Shown in pieces: positions 63,201 through 64,000 of a stretch of DNA of 64,000 nt. The notes beneath the pieces are model-generated. The model saw nothing but the letters and a program-made list of their open reading frames with translations. It was not told the origin of the DNA and searched no databases. Source of the stretch: the human T2T-CHM13v2.0 reference genome, Homo sapiens; NCBI RefSeq assembly GCF_009914755.1, contig NC_060926.1; one strand, written 5' to 3'. The translations under genes were made by a program, and so were the position numbers. Each line of letters begins with the position of its first letter. Positions within the stretch are counted from its first letter, which is position 1.

Positions 63201-64000
63201 TGGAGATGCTGAATGCAACACAGATTTGGCCTGAAACACAAATCTAACCTTTATTCACTTTAATTATTCAGTCAGAATCATTTCCTGGGAGCAAGTCTAG
63301 TCTCTGGACGGCTCTAATCAAACACCACTGAACTTTGAAGACATCAACTCATTCAGCTGCAACTCAATTTTCAAATTAATCTGCCACATAACATGGAGGC
63401 TTTGTGGCCTAAGCAGGGGGCAGGTGGGAGGGGAAGATGGGGTTAAAGCCCTCCCAGGTATGAACTGATTCTAGAGCATCTGACCTTCCCCACCCTCTCT
63501 AGTGGCGAGGCACTTCCGGAACTGGTGCCAGGTCTTCCTATGAGAGGCTGAGCTGAGCAACCACGCTGCCTCCATGCTTGAGCTCAGGGCTCCACACTCA
63601 CAACTGAAGCCTAAGCCTGGTACAGCTGGAACCCTGAAGGGGGCCCTGGACCAGCAGAGCCTGCCTCTTCCACCCTAGCCTAGCTGCCCTTCCCTGCTCT
63701 CTCCCTCTCCCTAGGAGAGCTGAGACGAGGGACTTGAGCTCTCTGCTTGGCAAGATGCCCTCAGAAACCACCCCAATTTCTGCACCCACTTATTCCTTGG
63801 CCCTTCAGGCAGGCACCAGGTACGGCCCACACAGACTCAGCCTCTCCTTCCCTGCCTTGGAAAACCCAGGTCCCTAACTCCATCTGCTTTACTTTACAGC
63901 CCTTCCAAGGCTTCTTCCTAAAACCTTCTCTGCCAAAGGGGAGGCAACGCCACCATTTCTCACAGCCTGGGGCAGCTTGGAATGTGATATTTGGAGTCAG

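Overview
Human genomic DNA (about 40 Alus, plus L1, MIR, DNA transposons and LTRs) holding the 3' two-thirds of EML4 on the + strand. Seventeen coding exons (7-23) splice in frame to the stop at 51608-51610 and encode the HELP motif, the WD40/TAPE propellers and the acidic tail. A ~2.3 kb 3'UTR ends near 53950 and is followed by ~10 kb of downstream DNA. Exon numbers, residue numbers and EML4-ALK variant names are recalled, not looked up. Summed exon lengths fit a 981-aa protein if exon 7 starts at c.668. The allele is unrearranged: I recognised no ALK sequence. This is a known gene and I cannot support a wholly new biological system. The best leads are: (1) a U12 minor intron in the HELP motif that long but not short EML4-ALK variants must splice; (2) a 124-bp templated insertion with a snap-back scar; (3) a (TA)n block in short phase-1 intron 20; (4) an Alu tail converted to AAGGG-type repeats, creating a candidate poison exon; (5) candidate minus-strand exons converging on the EML4 3' end. 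Repeat boundaries and subfamilies are by eye and approximate.
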